This document shows, piece after piece, positions 24,301-37,251 of a stretch of 64,000 bases of DNA. Where the stretch lies: contig DF237030.1 in assembly GCA_000708835.1 (NCBI GenBank), forward strand, positions 1-64,000, in the 5' to 3' direction. A program made the position numbers and the translations under genes. How positions within the stretch are numbered: position 1 is the first letter of the stretch; each line of letters opens with the position of its first letter. Under the pieces are notes generated by a model that did no database searches, was not told where the DNA came from, and saw only the letters and a program-made list of their open reading frames with translations. Source of the stretch: Klebsormidium nitens (lineage: Eukaryota > Plantae > Klebsormidiophyceae).

Positions 24301-27300
24301 CCTTGTGATGAAAGTACGGTCACGGAGAGAGTCACGCAACCCAACGGATGGCGTTTGACGCAGCCGCTTGATAGGTCACCCTTCAGCCAGAGTCTTCCGC
24401 TTCCTGAAGAGGAAACGCTGATTAGTTTTCCTCAAGCCAGCAGGATTCAGCACCCTACAACCCGTTACATCCGTTTCAGGAGAAGTGAATTTCTTCCTCA
24501 AAGAGAACCTTTCAGTTGCGTCATCCGAAGATCAGTGAGCCGTACCAAGCCTTCAAGCGCTTGAACCCTAGGCTTTTCACCCGCCGAAGCTTCCAGATAG
24601 ATGGAAAACTCGGAATAAATAACCAGACTGAATCTCAATAGATCAGGGCCAGATGCTCTGGTGGCAAGCTTCGCATGCGCCCACCTGTTGCGAGACGCTC
24701 CACGCAAAGAGGCGCAGCACGGCCCGGTCGAGCGTGTGGCTGCCAACGCGGTGGATCTCGCGGCACGCGGCAAAGAGCAGCGCGAGCGCGTACGCGGATG
24801 GCATGGCGGGCAGCGACATGCGCATCTCCACCGACTGCCCGCCTTCCTCCTCTTGCCGCGTCACCGTCTCCTCCCAACCCTGAAAGCAGAAATAACATTC
24901 TTCGACTCTGAGCTCGAAGACTTGAGAATGTGACGTCCTTCGGCCGCTCTTTTTGGTCTCTCTGAGCTCTGCTTCCTCATCCTGCCGCGTTACCATCTCC
25001 TCGCAATCTTGAAAGGAGTAAAGGATCCTTCAACTTTTGGTACTGACTAGGGATTGGTGTTTCTATTTGGCTGCACTTTCGACCTTCTGATGCTTCGCTT
25101 CCTCTTCTTTCCACGTCACCGTCTCCTCCCAACCCTGAAAGCAATGTGGCATAGTTCTTCGTTTTGCGGCTGTGACTTTGTCAAAAGATTGAAGCGCAAA
25201 CGCTGCAGTTGTGGTTTCTGAAATGCTTGGCTTCCTCGTGCTGCGTACTAGTCAGATCTCCCTTCAGCTACTTGTCATGTGACCCTCTTTCTTGTCTCCT
25301 TGGAATTCCCAGCAGCCTCCTTATTTTGACACTTTCTGGAATGAAGTTGCTTCGGACCTGAGGCAAAGTGCACGGTGCCTCCGACGAAAGCTTGTACCGC
25401 AATACATCCTGTCGACCTTGCAAGCAGCTTTTGCAGATGCCGGCTTCTTGCAACCCAAAAAAAGCACAGCGGACTTCGCAGAGAGCGGCTGGTTGCCCCG
25501 GCAGGTGCCCAGTTACGGCTAGGACTACCGAGAAGGACACGTGGCGAGCTCAAAAGGAGACACGTGGCAGTTGCCAACGTTGCCCACTGGCAACGCGTTT
25601 TTTAGACCATTTTCGCTAGGAGCACCCTCAGCATATTCCGAAAAGCTCTTGTTCCGTTCCGCCCTCACCTTGAGCGGACTCGTGGTTGCCAGCGCCTCGT
25701 CCCCTCTCAGTTCCCGCTCGAACTTGGCCGTCAGCTGTTCAGCGCTCCACGTCACCCACACGCGGTGCGCCGCCACGCTCACGCGCCGCAGCTGCTTCTG
25801 GACACGTGTCAGCTTGCTGGTGCCTTCCTCTCGCGACGGGTCCATGCTGCCGCGTCGCGAGAAGCGCCGCCCGTCGGGGTTCCCGTCCGAGTCGCTGGGG
25901 CGTCGCAACGGACCGCTCGATTTTTCGGTGGCCTGTGAAATGATTGATTGATTCAGGGGTTCGAGCCTTAAAGGGGTTCTTGACTTTGAATAAGCTTGTA
26001 TGATTGAATAAAGGCAGGGCTCCCGGGGCGTAAGTATGAAATCAGACGGATCTAGCTCAACGCAAGATTCGGTGCAAGATCGGAAATCGGAGCTTCAAAA
26101 GATGAAAGAACCAAAAGCAGTCGAGGTCGTGAGCAGTGTAAAAGTGGTGGCCATCACAAATTGGCAGCCGTAGCCCTTTCAGCACCCAAAGTGCGAAAAA
26201 TAATGTCTCCCAAAAGCTCAGCATTCATATTGCAGACAAACCTCTCCACTGAGTAGCATTTCAAACTCCAAGCACAACGCATACCGCAAACTCGTCCAGC
26301 TCAGCCGGGGCATTCTGTCGTCACTTCCCTAGACTGCTCTCCGGTCTCACCTTGTGACTCCCCCACGCCGACGGGGGTCCCAGCAGAATCGGCAGGAACG
26401 TGGAGTACTGCCCGAGAGCGGCACAGAAGCGCCCAACGAACAACGCTCGCTCCACGACCGTGGCTTGATCGACGTCATCGTCCGTTTTTTGCAAGTCCGC
26501 CAGCTTTGCCTCCAGCTCGCTGGCAATGCCCTGGACCGCGGAGAAGCACCGCTCCTGCAAAAGGGAGGCTCTAAAGAATGAACGGACGCATTCTTCTTGG
26601 ACTATTGCTCAGTTCAAAAATTTGTAATAACAGTCTGCGTACAAGTACAACAATCAGCTTGTCGGACACGATACGGCCCCAACCCCATGTGCTCATCGAG
26701 CCCCATGCTTCAGTACGAGCTTTAGAACGTGAGGCATAAAAATAATGGCGTTGGCTGGTGACCATAATGATGAAGGAAAATGATGACAACGGCCGTACTC
26801 TGACAGTTAATATCAATCTTCACAGGAATTCTCTGACGAAAACCCCAGCTTTGATTGGAGTCCGCAACGCCCGTGCTTCCCAGGCCCTTACCTGCAAGTA
26901 CGGCGCCAGCTCGCCCGCTCGCCCCGCCCCGCCCTCCGCTGACGTCATCACCCACGTGACGTCGTCCAAGATCTCCCCGAGCCGTGCGTCGAGCGCGTCC
27001 CGCAGCGCCGCCACTCGTGGGCTGAAGTAACTAGCGCGGGCAGAGAACCAGTCCTTTTCGCTCGCGGGGAGCTGCCAGGTGGACTCGGCGGCCGTGCCCT
27101 GAAGCGCTTCGGGGGAGTCGTCGGAGGCGGTCTCGGGAGCGTGCGTCTCCGCGAGGGCAACGTCCATCTGTTCCGTCACGCTCAGAGCCGAGAAGGAGGC
27201 GTCGATGATGGCCTTGGCCCTGCAGGGAGATAAAATGGACGGGCGTTACGGGCGTTCTCAGACGACTTCAGTTCACTATCAAGAGGTGCTTTAAACTTGA

Positions 27301-30300
27301 ATAACAGTCCAAGCTGAACACCTGCGGTGCCGAAAGAAAATATTGGTCGGGAGGAACGAGAGGGAAGCGGGAATCTTGTCGCTGGTGGAGCTGTAGCGTG
27401 ACCATTCTGCGAGTTCAAGATCGTTCACCCACCTAAGTTTTCAAAGGCTGACACGTCCAACGACAGATTGTCACAAAAGACCGCTTAATAGCAGAATCAG
27501 TTGTCGTCTGGCGGTCTGGACCTCAACGAACGACGACGCAGATGGCGTCCTCGAGACACACGTTCTCTGGAAATCTAGTGCCCGTCCCCAATGGAAAAAT
27601 GGCAACCCCCAGTCCCACAATGTCGACTTCCCGTCCCCACCTGTCCGTAAAGAGCTTCTCAAACAGCGTCCGCCACAGGTTGACCGGCTCCTTGAGCACC
27701 AGCTCGCACACGCAGTCCCACGGCGACTCGGGCGCCGTTCCAAACGCAGTCACCAGCCACTCCATGCTGTCCGAAAACACGTCGGTTTTGCCGATCTCCG
27801 TCCGAACCACCGACTCAATGTCAGCGAGGCCCTTGGCGGTGCCCACCTGGGCGATCAACGTGCGGCCGTCTGCCGCGATGTCGTCAGCGCAGTCCTGCCG
27901 GGAAGAGAACGAGGATGAGCGCTTGAAGAAATGTATGTTTTGCCGACTGTCCGCCCAATGAATCTGTAGTCTCCAATAAGCGATTCCTACTCATGATCAG
28001 CTTGCCAAGTATGCATCTGGAACGGGCAACTGCTATTTTACTTTCGGCAACAAGAGTTGTCCTGCACATGCTATTCAACTTCAGACCACGCTCACAAAAG
28101 TGACACTCGACATCCGAACGGTTGTTTATCAACAGTGGCGCGGCGGCCCGTCACCGCACCTGCAGCCAGCGCAACGCGGCTTCCGTAACGGCGCGCCCGC
28201 TCAGCGGCGTCACTCGCGCCTCCAGCCCCTCTCTCTGCTCCTTCCACAGTTCCAGCTCCTTCTCCGGCTGGGGGATCCCTCCAAAAAGCTGCGTGGCTGG
28301 TGTCACCGCCAACAACGTGCTGAACAGCAGCGGCGCGCGGCTGCTGGAAGCCTCGAGAAACAGCTCCCCGGTCTGGCAGAGTGACATTTGGATGACGCGC
28401 ACCAGCTGCCCCAGGAGGGCGGCCAGCGAGGCGGTGTCAAGCGAGAGGGATACCCCCCGGGAGAGGCGCAGGTGGGAGCGGATCCAGGCGCGGCGGGAGT
28501 CGAGGAAGAGGGGCAGGATCGCGGATGATTGAAGACGGCCCATGATGGCAGCGCCTGAGGGGGGGGAGGAGGAGGAGAAGGCATCTTTGTCAGCATGAAA
28601 TCGGCAATCAAGCCTGTTCGGTCTCTGTAGGTGCATTACTAGAAAGGAGGTCATCAAGGAGGTTCGGACAGGAACTTCGTCTTCTCAGGGTAGGGCACTT
28701 TTGCAAGGAAATGAACCCCCTGCTAGCTGTCAGTATTTTGGGGTGTTCAGAGACTGTTTGACGGCTTGCTGGTCGCTCACAAGATGACAGTCCTGTGGAG
28801 GGCTGCAGAGGACACTTGTGAGTGACTGTGACTTTGAAAGCGGTCAGCTGAACGCTCAGAGATGTTGGGAGACCGTTTCGATGCTGGACATCGCTCCTCT
28901 ACTTCCACTGTGGACGGCTGCGGTTTCGAAAAGCGGCTGGATAGTGCCCTTGCCCTCTTACAAGCCATCGAAACCTCTCTTCAATATCTCGCACTCGACC
29001 ATCAGCACCTGCTCCGCTCACCTGAGAGCGCGGTAGCACATCAAACTAGGCTCACCTCCCTGCTATGCAAGTCTTACTGTATAGCATCGTGTTCGTTCAG
29101 ACCCAGTCGAAAGATGGACGGGAAGTGGGGCCGCTTGCTCCCAAGGACAACTGCTTGGCCCTAGCCGCTTCTTGATGCTACGCTCCTCCCAGTCTCGAGT
29201 TCTTATTGAACACGGCCTGGTCTTCCAAAGTCCTCGAAAGTGATGTCAGGCACCCGCTCACCTGAGAGCGCGGTCGCGTAGTCGGTGACGGGCAGCCCCG
29301 CCTCCTGCAGGCGCTCCTGGCTGCGCTGTAAGATCTGCCCCTGGAACGTCTCCACCAGCGGCCACTGGTGCCGCAGCAGCGGGAACAGTGCCAGCACGCC
29401 GCGCTGCTCGCCGCCCTCTGCAGAATGGGACTTGGTCAACCGGAACTCTTCTTCTAATCGCTCCTCTCAAGTTGTTCTGCTTCAGCCCTTGTCTCTTGGG
29501 CACAAGGTTCGATCAGTTGGCAGACCCCACAGTCTGGGTATCTCGACAGGCGTTGGAAGGCCGCCGTTCAAGAGAGCGATCCGATGTGGGGCCAGCAGCC
29601 AGGGCCAGTTGCTAGGCTGACCCCAAATTATGCCTGATCTGTCAAAATTGACCAGACCCAGCAAGATCAGTCCGCGAAACTGACACCGCCTGAGTATTGT
29701 TCAGGCAATAGACCGAACACCCACGACAATAAAGCACCAAGGACCAGCCAACCTCAGAAACCTTCTTGTCGGCCGCCCCTCAAGCGCAGATACTCAGCAA
29801 CTCTGCGAAACCTCCCCGTGAGCAGCGCACCTTGTTGGAGCAGCAGTTGGTGAACCTCGCGTGCGCGCTGGTATCGCTCCGCGGCTTCGAGGTACATGTG
29901 TTCATCCAGGCAGCCCCAGATCTTCTCGGGGGTGTCCACCAGGTACTTCACACGCGCCCCCACCGCATACACGCGCTCCCGCGGCTCGCGGCCTTCGTTC
30001 ACGCCTGACACAGAGGGGTATGAGATCTCTTATCGATCAGTACTGGGTCAAGATCTGTGCTTGAGAATGCCCCAAAGACGGCCTGTTGTGACCAACGCCC
30101 CAAACACGGGGACGCGAGAGCTGCTTGAAAGAGTCCAAGCAAGGCATTTGCAGAGGACTTGGTACCCGTGCGATGTGTTCAAAACCCACGACATGCTTGA
30201 GAAGCAAGCATGCGTAAATGGGACACATACAAGATGATTAACACAACTAGCTCTACCAGGACAGTAATGATTAGCGCCCTCAATGAGCTTATTTGACCAC

Positions 30301-31524
30301 CATTCATCGCTTGGAAGCACAGAAGGCAGCAAAAGAGGCCCAAGACGGAGATTTTCAAAGCACCCGACAGACGCGAAACGCAACAAAAGCAGAAAGGTGA
30401 CCAAATGAGGGGGCGCAGAGCAGGGCACATAACCCTCCAGAGGTCAATCAAGGAGACCGATGTGTAATCACCATGATCCAATAAACATCCCTGATGTCCG
30501 TTTGCTTACGATGACTAAGGCCAGGGGAAGGAAGGCTACTTTTAAACGAACCCGGCATTTCGCAGTCTCGTTGGCCCCTTCCTCAAGAAGGGGCGCAGCG
30601 TCTGATTGGATAGCTGAGGGGCTTTCGCAAACCTCTTGCTCTTATGCTGTTGGACCACAGCTTATCATACATCCTGTCCCGCAGGCAAATGCAAGGACGC
30701 ACTTCACCACCTAGTTTCCCACAATGTTAAGTAGATTGCAAACTCAAGCGTCTTTGGCAGTGCACAATTGATGCCTCCGTATGGATCAATTGCCAATGAC
30801 CTCTCAAGCTTTTGAAAGGATTGTGAGTGCCGCTGTGCATCTCAGAATACCCTTCAACAAATGCAACTTGATCAAGATCACAGTTTCCACCTTGCGCACC
30901 TGCGAAGGGGCATCCAACTGAACGTCGCCACTTCGCCTGACCCATATTTGACTTTAATGCACCCTGGATCAGCCAGTCCCTTTCATAGCTGCTGCTCAAA
31001 GGATTCTGAACCCTCGCTCAAAGATTCGAAGGAGGGTACCACCGCTGTTTGTGATTCCGGCAATTAAAATAGATCTGAAGAAAATGCAACTCAAAGTAAC
31101 CCCACGTCAAAAAGGATCAGTATTTGGCTTCTGGATTGATCACACAGCAGCCTAGAGGATGGTCCTTGGAATCACAAACAAGATGAAAGGGCTGCCTTTC
31201 CAAGCAAACCAGCTCACCTGGACTCGACTTGACATCCGCCACGCTCCTGTGCAACGCCTCAAACCCCTCCTCCATCCTGCTGATGTTTGCCCCGACTGCC
31301 TCGCAAGACCTCTGCATTTCCAGGATCGAATCAGCCGACTCAATCAGGTCTCTATAGCTCGCCCCCACCAGTTGCCTGAGCTCCTCTTTCTTCTCCTCGA
31401 TGTCTTTGCGCATCCGCGCCTCCACCTCTCTGATATCCACCACGGACCGGCTCTCAAACAGCGCCTCCGCATTGCGGCTGCTTGCCTCCTCCCCCGCCTT
31501 CTGCTGGAAGCGGCCGCCCCTCAT
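21333..31524 (-). CDS. COG1: Conserved oligomeric Golgi complex subunit 1; 13 exons, about 1040 aa
   Basis: Exons 31524-31218, 30004-29831, 29417-29262, 28554-28160, 27894-27641, 27219-26892, 26554-26351, 25932-25669, 24879-24685, 24225-23912, 23417-23235, 22400-22184, 21464-21333 join in frame. Vps51/COG1 N-terminus [26 protein letters not shown], plus [37 protein letters not shown] and PRFAYLPIS. Confidence 0.92.
24850..25143 (-). repeat. Triplicated acceptor plus first codons of COG1 exon 9 (periods 126 and 129 bp)
   Basis: ttcag|GGTTGGGAGGAGACGGTGACG occurs at 24879 (true exon) and 25134. A decayed copy, ttcaa|GATTGCGAGGAGATGGTAACGCGGCAG, occurs at 25008. Confidence 0.85.
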
Positions 31525-32040
31525 TTCGAAAACTCAGCGCCCGTGCTTCAATTGGATCTACAGGGAAGGCATTCGAGCTGCCACTCGTGTTGTCTGATGA
31601 CAAGCAGGAACATGGGTCCAAGCAATGAGGTTGGGCAACGCGCCACTCCTCCCTCCGAACTTCGAAGTCCAGATTGCTGCACAAGCAGCAGGTGCATAAT
31701 GCCCCGCCCTGAGTCCAGGTTTTGCGGGGGATCTTAAACTAGACTCGGCAGTACGTTCCTGATAAAAGTTGCTACTGATGTAGCAGTTTATCGACGGTTC
31801 TAAATATTCCAGATTGACTATCCAAGCCGACGGATATTCTCCATTGGTCTAGGGTTGAAGATCGGACGGTTGCACCTACTCACCGCTCGGAACGTTCTGC
31901 ATGCACCTGCACCTCTGTCTGCCTTTTGTGATGTCAGCGCTCATGTCAATGGTGGAAGCTTACGCAGCAGCGCTCAGGCTTTCCAAACCTAGAGCCTTCC
32001 TTTGTTTGCTGGCTCTGCGCTAGCAACTCAGCATTTGACA

Positions 32041-35000
32041 ATGGCGGAGTTTGGGAAGGTGAGTTGCTTTTAACGCAGGAAGAGCTCTTGGTATTCTGCA
32101 AGGTTGAACGTTGGGGCGGACTGCTGTGTAGATGTATGCAGAGAGAGAAGTGGTTGCAGCACAACATTAGTGCACCACAGCCTGAGGCGTCTTATTTCAA
32201 CCACACATCCATTTCAGGGGTGGAGTATTTGAAACAAACTAGCGTGTGGGTGCGATGCATGTACATGCTTGGTGTGCGAGGAACAGTTGACTTCTGGGCA
32301 AAAAATTGCAGTTCTTTTTATCCTACGTGCCGGACTTGCTTCTATCAAAGGCCATGTGCATTCAGTATTTCATCTCTGTCCATTGTTCTCCCCCTGGCAT
32401 CAGGCATTAAAGTGTGGAATTTCGTTGATTTGCGATTGACGGTGGTGCAATGCCGACAAAAAGACAGAAATGGAAAGAAGGGCTTCTATTGCACCACAGT
32501 CCCCTTCCTGGGTAAGTGGGGCCGCTTTGCAATAGATCTGCGGTTGAAGTAGCCAGGCAAAGGACCTAGTCTACTGGAGTGATAGCCCAAAGACTTAGGA
32601 CGTCGGTCTGTATCTACAGAGCACTTTTTTGGTGTGGGTCTTCTTCCTAGAGGATGCAGAGGTCTCCCCTTCATCTTTCGCAGGCCCCTCTTTTCTCTAT
32701 GACCACTGCAACGCTACCCCCCCAATCCTTCCACTACAACGCATCCATTGCGGAATGGGTGCCAGCCGCCATCTTTGGAGCGGTGGCCAGCCTGTCTGTG
32801 AGCCCCTCAATCTCATAAGCTATATTTGTATCAGTGCTTAACCCCAATGCTTAACCACTACTACCTAATGTTGCCCTGCCTGGGCCTCTAGCATCCAAGG
32901 GCCTAAAAGCGGCCCTTGGATGCTTTAAGATTCTTCTTAGAGATCTATTGATCGGATCTTTCCAAACACCAGTGTAGCCTTCCTCTTGCCGCAAGCACGT
33001 CGCTGGGAGGTGAGAATCCTTGTGCTTGGTTGAAGTATTAAAACTGTCCCCTTTTGAGTGCAGGTCTTCATTCTGTCTGCCACGTACAGTCCGTTGCTGG
33101 AGGCCTACCGGAAGCTGCCACCTATGAAGAAAACCGAATGGGATAACAGGTAGGCGGACCAAAAGTGCCCCTCGTAATAACCCAAAGGGGTTCTGCTCAT
33201 CTCGCGTCCATGACTGATTCTGGCTGATCTTGCTGCGAGGCACGTGTGTTATTAGACACCAACTGAGGCATCCCAGACGTGGATGTGCCAGTGTCATAGT
33301 AGTGCCAGTCTGTCGACTCTTGAAGTAATCTCAAGGGTTGTTGCGGTGTCCTAGAAATGTCACTGACTGTTGTGCCTATGAACACTAGGGCTTAATTACT
33401 TGAAATCTGGCTTACACGAACGCCCCTTAAACCCAATCGTACTTTTCTTTCGCAGAATGTTCTCGACCACGCACAGTCTCTTCGTCACTTTTGCCGCCAT
33501 CTCTTTCTTCCGCTCCAGCCTTTTCCTGGAGCCCTCCCTTGCAAAGGACGACCTTGTGATCCTCCGTGCAACGCCCTTCACGTTTGCGGCTTTTGGAGTG
33601 AGCTTCGCGCCCTCTGGTCGTTTGTAGGCCCATGTCGGTTGAAATCGTGCAATCCAGCAATAAGATCCAGCAATAAGCAAGGCAGACATGGAGACAACTC
33701 TCATAGATTTGCTGGAGGATCGTTGCACACCGATTCGGTGGAGCTTAGAACAAATGCCAATAAAATGGGTCCGCATTTTCAAGGACGACCTTAAATTCAG
33801 ACAGTCTTCTGTGCGCAGCTCTCGTTGGGATACTTCCTTCTCGACATTGCAATGATGACCTTCTACTACCCCGCCTTGGGAGGCGCCGAGTATGTGAGCT
33901 CTCCATTTTGCAAAGCCTTTTTGTCCAATTATGCACACAAGCTGTTGTTGTCATGCAAGATTCTTCTGACGCTAGAGTGTGTACAAAGCGAGAATTGCTC
34001 ACCTTGTACCCCTTGCACAATCACATAATTGTTTTTTTTTCTCTCAAAAATTCCAGCAACCAAAGTCTCGGAGTTAGGATGCCTACAAGCGCAAGCTACA
34101 AATACCCTTTCATACTCTTCACTTCCTTTCAGAAGTTGTACGTCCCGAAAAGGTGTCGCAGAACCAGACCAATTATTACGTATTTCGTTCCGAAAAGCTC
34201 CCCACTTTAGCCGCAACAACTGAATCAACACACGTACATCAGATAGAGATGATGTCCATTCCTAGTCAGTGTCGGGATCTCCAGGACGCGAAAAGTTTTG
34301 CACTGAGTTACGCAACCGTGTCTGCAGTTGGTCCATCATGTGGCGGCCGCACTTGCCATTTTAACCGCGCTGGTTACAGGCAACGGTCACGGTGAGTCAC
34401 TTCCCTAACCAGTTATTCCAAGTTAGTTGTAGCGAAGCCTCAAAAAAGGCGGCGTCTTGTCTCTTCGAGGCGGAGATCCCTTCCAAATGACTTTGTGACT
34501 ACCAGTGGTGTTGCTCATCGAAAAGAAGGAGACTTCTTGCCTCGCTTTTCCTACTGAATATGACAGTATGTGTCGATGTGGCTCGCGACCTTTTCTTCTA
34601 TCTCCGTCCTGAGGGCAAAAGCTTCCACACACATTTCTGTCACCATCTTGCTTTCCTGATACTGTATGACGTCGTCTCACATCTGCGGCCCCTCGAATGA
34701 CGGAGGGAAGGGCACGAGCAAGCCAAAAAACGTTGAGTGGTTTGTCCGTGCAGTATTCATCATGATTGTTTTCGTCACGGAGATGACGACACCCTTCGTG
34801 AACCTGCGGTGGTACGTCCTCGCACCCGACAAGCACAGCCGCCCTCTGCCAAATCTAGCTACTGCAAGAGCTTTGAGTGCGTCAATACGTTCAGAGAACT
34901 TGAAGCTCCCTTGACCTGTTAAAACACTCAGCCTGATACGGAAACGGAAGAACACGAGTCTGGATTGACGACGGCCATTGTGAGGTTCGAAGCTACGTGG

Positions 35001-36136
35001 TGAAAGAGGTCGGAAGTAGCCAATGCTTTTCTGCATCTTCGCAAAAGCCTTGCCACTTGTAACACAGCTGTAGTCTAGATTGTCTTTTCGACTGGACGAG
35101 AATCCGATCCTCCAGTCTCGGACAAAGGCTGGCGACGTCTCACGAAGTCGCTGACGTCACTGCCGCAGGTACCTGAGCAACAGCGGCCTTCGGCAATCCG
35201 TATGGTACACGATCAACGGCGTCTTGCTCTTTGTGGGCTGGCTGGTGAGCAACCGGGCTGCGTCCCCCGGTTTGGAGACTCTATTTTTGCATAGCGTCCT
35301 CTCACCACCGATTTGTCAGCTTGAGCAGACTTGCGAGCCTCTCCCTTCCTCCCGACCGCACGACACCGCGTGTCGCCAGCTTGAGCAAACTACCAGGCCT
35401 ATATCTCTTTTCCGCATTCCGAACCAAGACGATAAAGCGCAGCTACTCGTCGCCAACCCCCAACCTCTTTTTACGCACGGGAGACCTCCGACGGTGAAAC
35501 CGATCATCATCGTCCTTCGGCAGGACTATATAGGTCTACGAATTCGGTGCTGATTTGTTAAATCATGACGCGGGTGCTTCTTTGCAGACGGCCCGAGTGC
35601 TCGTCTTCCTGTACTTGTTCTGGTACATGTACGATCATCGAGATGAGGTACGCGTTATCATATGCCACCAACGTCTCCTGCTTTTCGGCCGCACAGCGAC
35701 GAGATGTCGTCCAGATTTCCCGGTTTTCCACTTTGGAGCGAATTCATAGAGTGCTCTTCCTATGTAAACTGCGCGTTGCCTCGGCTTGCCGAACTGGTTT
35801 CGAAATGGGTCCAAATTCCGTTATCAACGTTCTTCCCATCGACGTTCAAGGTCTTGCAGAAGATTCAGGAAAGCGGTAAAGCTGACCATTCTCTAGACTG
35901 GCTTTTTTTGGAGTACATCTAGCATATGAGAAGCCCAGCCTTACTTGCAGCTGAACAGCTCACCCTCTTTCTGATTCTTCTCTTCGTGTCTGTAGTTGCA
36001 CGTCTTTACGCCGACTCAAAAGGCTGCCCTCTTTGGCCTTCCGCCGATCTTCTTCGTACTGAATCTGTACTGGTTCCTACGAATCCTGGTGGGAATGCTT
36101 AAGCTGGTCTTCGGGCCCAAGGCCAAGCGCGCGTAG
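32041..36136 (+). CDS. TLC (TRAM/LAG1/CLN8) domain membrane protein, TMEM56/TLCD4-like; 10 exons, about 277 aa
   Basis: Exons 32041-32058 (uncertain), 32684-32797, 33064-33149, 33456-33597, 33819-33893, 34328-34391, 34754-34811, 35169-35244, 35588-35647, 35996-36136. Motifs EWDNRMFSTTHS, SLGYFLLDI, LGGAEYLVHH, TEMTTPFVNLRWYL, LNLYWF. Confidence 0.88.
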
Positions 36137-37251
36137 TAAACCGGTGGGGCCCAACGTTCGTTCAACTAGAAAAGCTGCCCACAAAGGCTTTGCTTAGGAC
36201 GGTCGCGGAAGGATTTGAGCCTTAGGGTAGCCACAGAGGGGATTTTGTACATGCGGTAAAATATAGACTCATCACCAGGTGTTGTCGTAATTCGCAATCA
36301 GTATAAAATCTTGTAATCTAGAATCGAAGCTGGATGAAAGTCACCCAATAAACCTGCATTGACAACGCTCTCAGCAGGTATGGAAATAAGTTCTGTGGCG
36401 GCGGCTGACCGGACCGCCATGGCTATCATTTGCCGATCATAAGAAATGCTCAGGAGTCAGGAGCAGACACAGCAACCGCCCCGGCGGCCGGCTCATTGAA
36501 AACTCAGCTTAATGCACTATTGCTGGTGCCGGTCTGATTCAGGGCCGCCGCGCCCGGTTCGGCCCTATGTCTGAGTTAATGCCCGGGGTCATGCGGGACG
36601 TTTGCCTGCATCATGATGATCTCCCGGCCGGTGCTCAACTCTCTAGCTTGCCATTGCCATTGGAGTAACTTGCATGCCATGCATAAGGTCATGGCCGCGT
36701 TAGTACCGTGCAGCCACCCGGTCGCATGCGCGCAGGGCCGCCCGCGCCAGTCGGAAGCGCCTTGCCGAATTGCAACTGCGAGGCCACAGAAGTGGCAATG
36801 CCACTAGCACGTTGTAAATTTACGTCTAATCGAGATCGAAGAATCATGTGCTAAGCACGAAAACTGAATCATGCTTGATGCATGATTCTATCGTGTGCTA
36901 CTTTATACTGACTGAGGCACCGTCCACACATAATCTGGACCGTAGTAGTCAGCCGCGCCCGGACTTGCAATTCAGTAACGGACCTCCGGCTTACAGCTTT
37001 TGGGGTCCATTAATGTCACAATCGAAACATTAGCGTCCTGATTTCAGCTTGGGTCAAAACACAGGTCCAACACCGACGGAAGACACAGCTAAAGTTTCCA
37101 CTCGAGACCGTCGAGCTTGTAATCGACCCTCCGATCCAGCATCAGTGGATTGCCCATGCACGAAGCATTCGCACCGGAGGTAAAAGCTCTGAAGTTTGCG
37201 AGAGCTGGCAGTTCTTGCTGCTTGGTTTGCAGCGCTTTCCTCTCGGCTGCT

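Noticed and set aside
33396-33938. 180-aa minus-strand ORF that first looked like a transposase fragment
   Set aside because: It is antisense to TLC gene exons 33456-33597 and 33819-33893, which fully explain the sequence.
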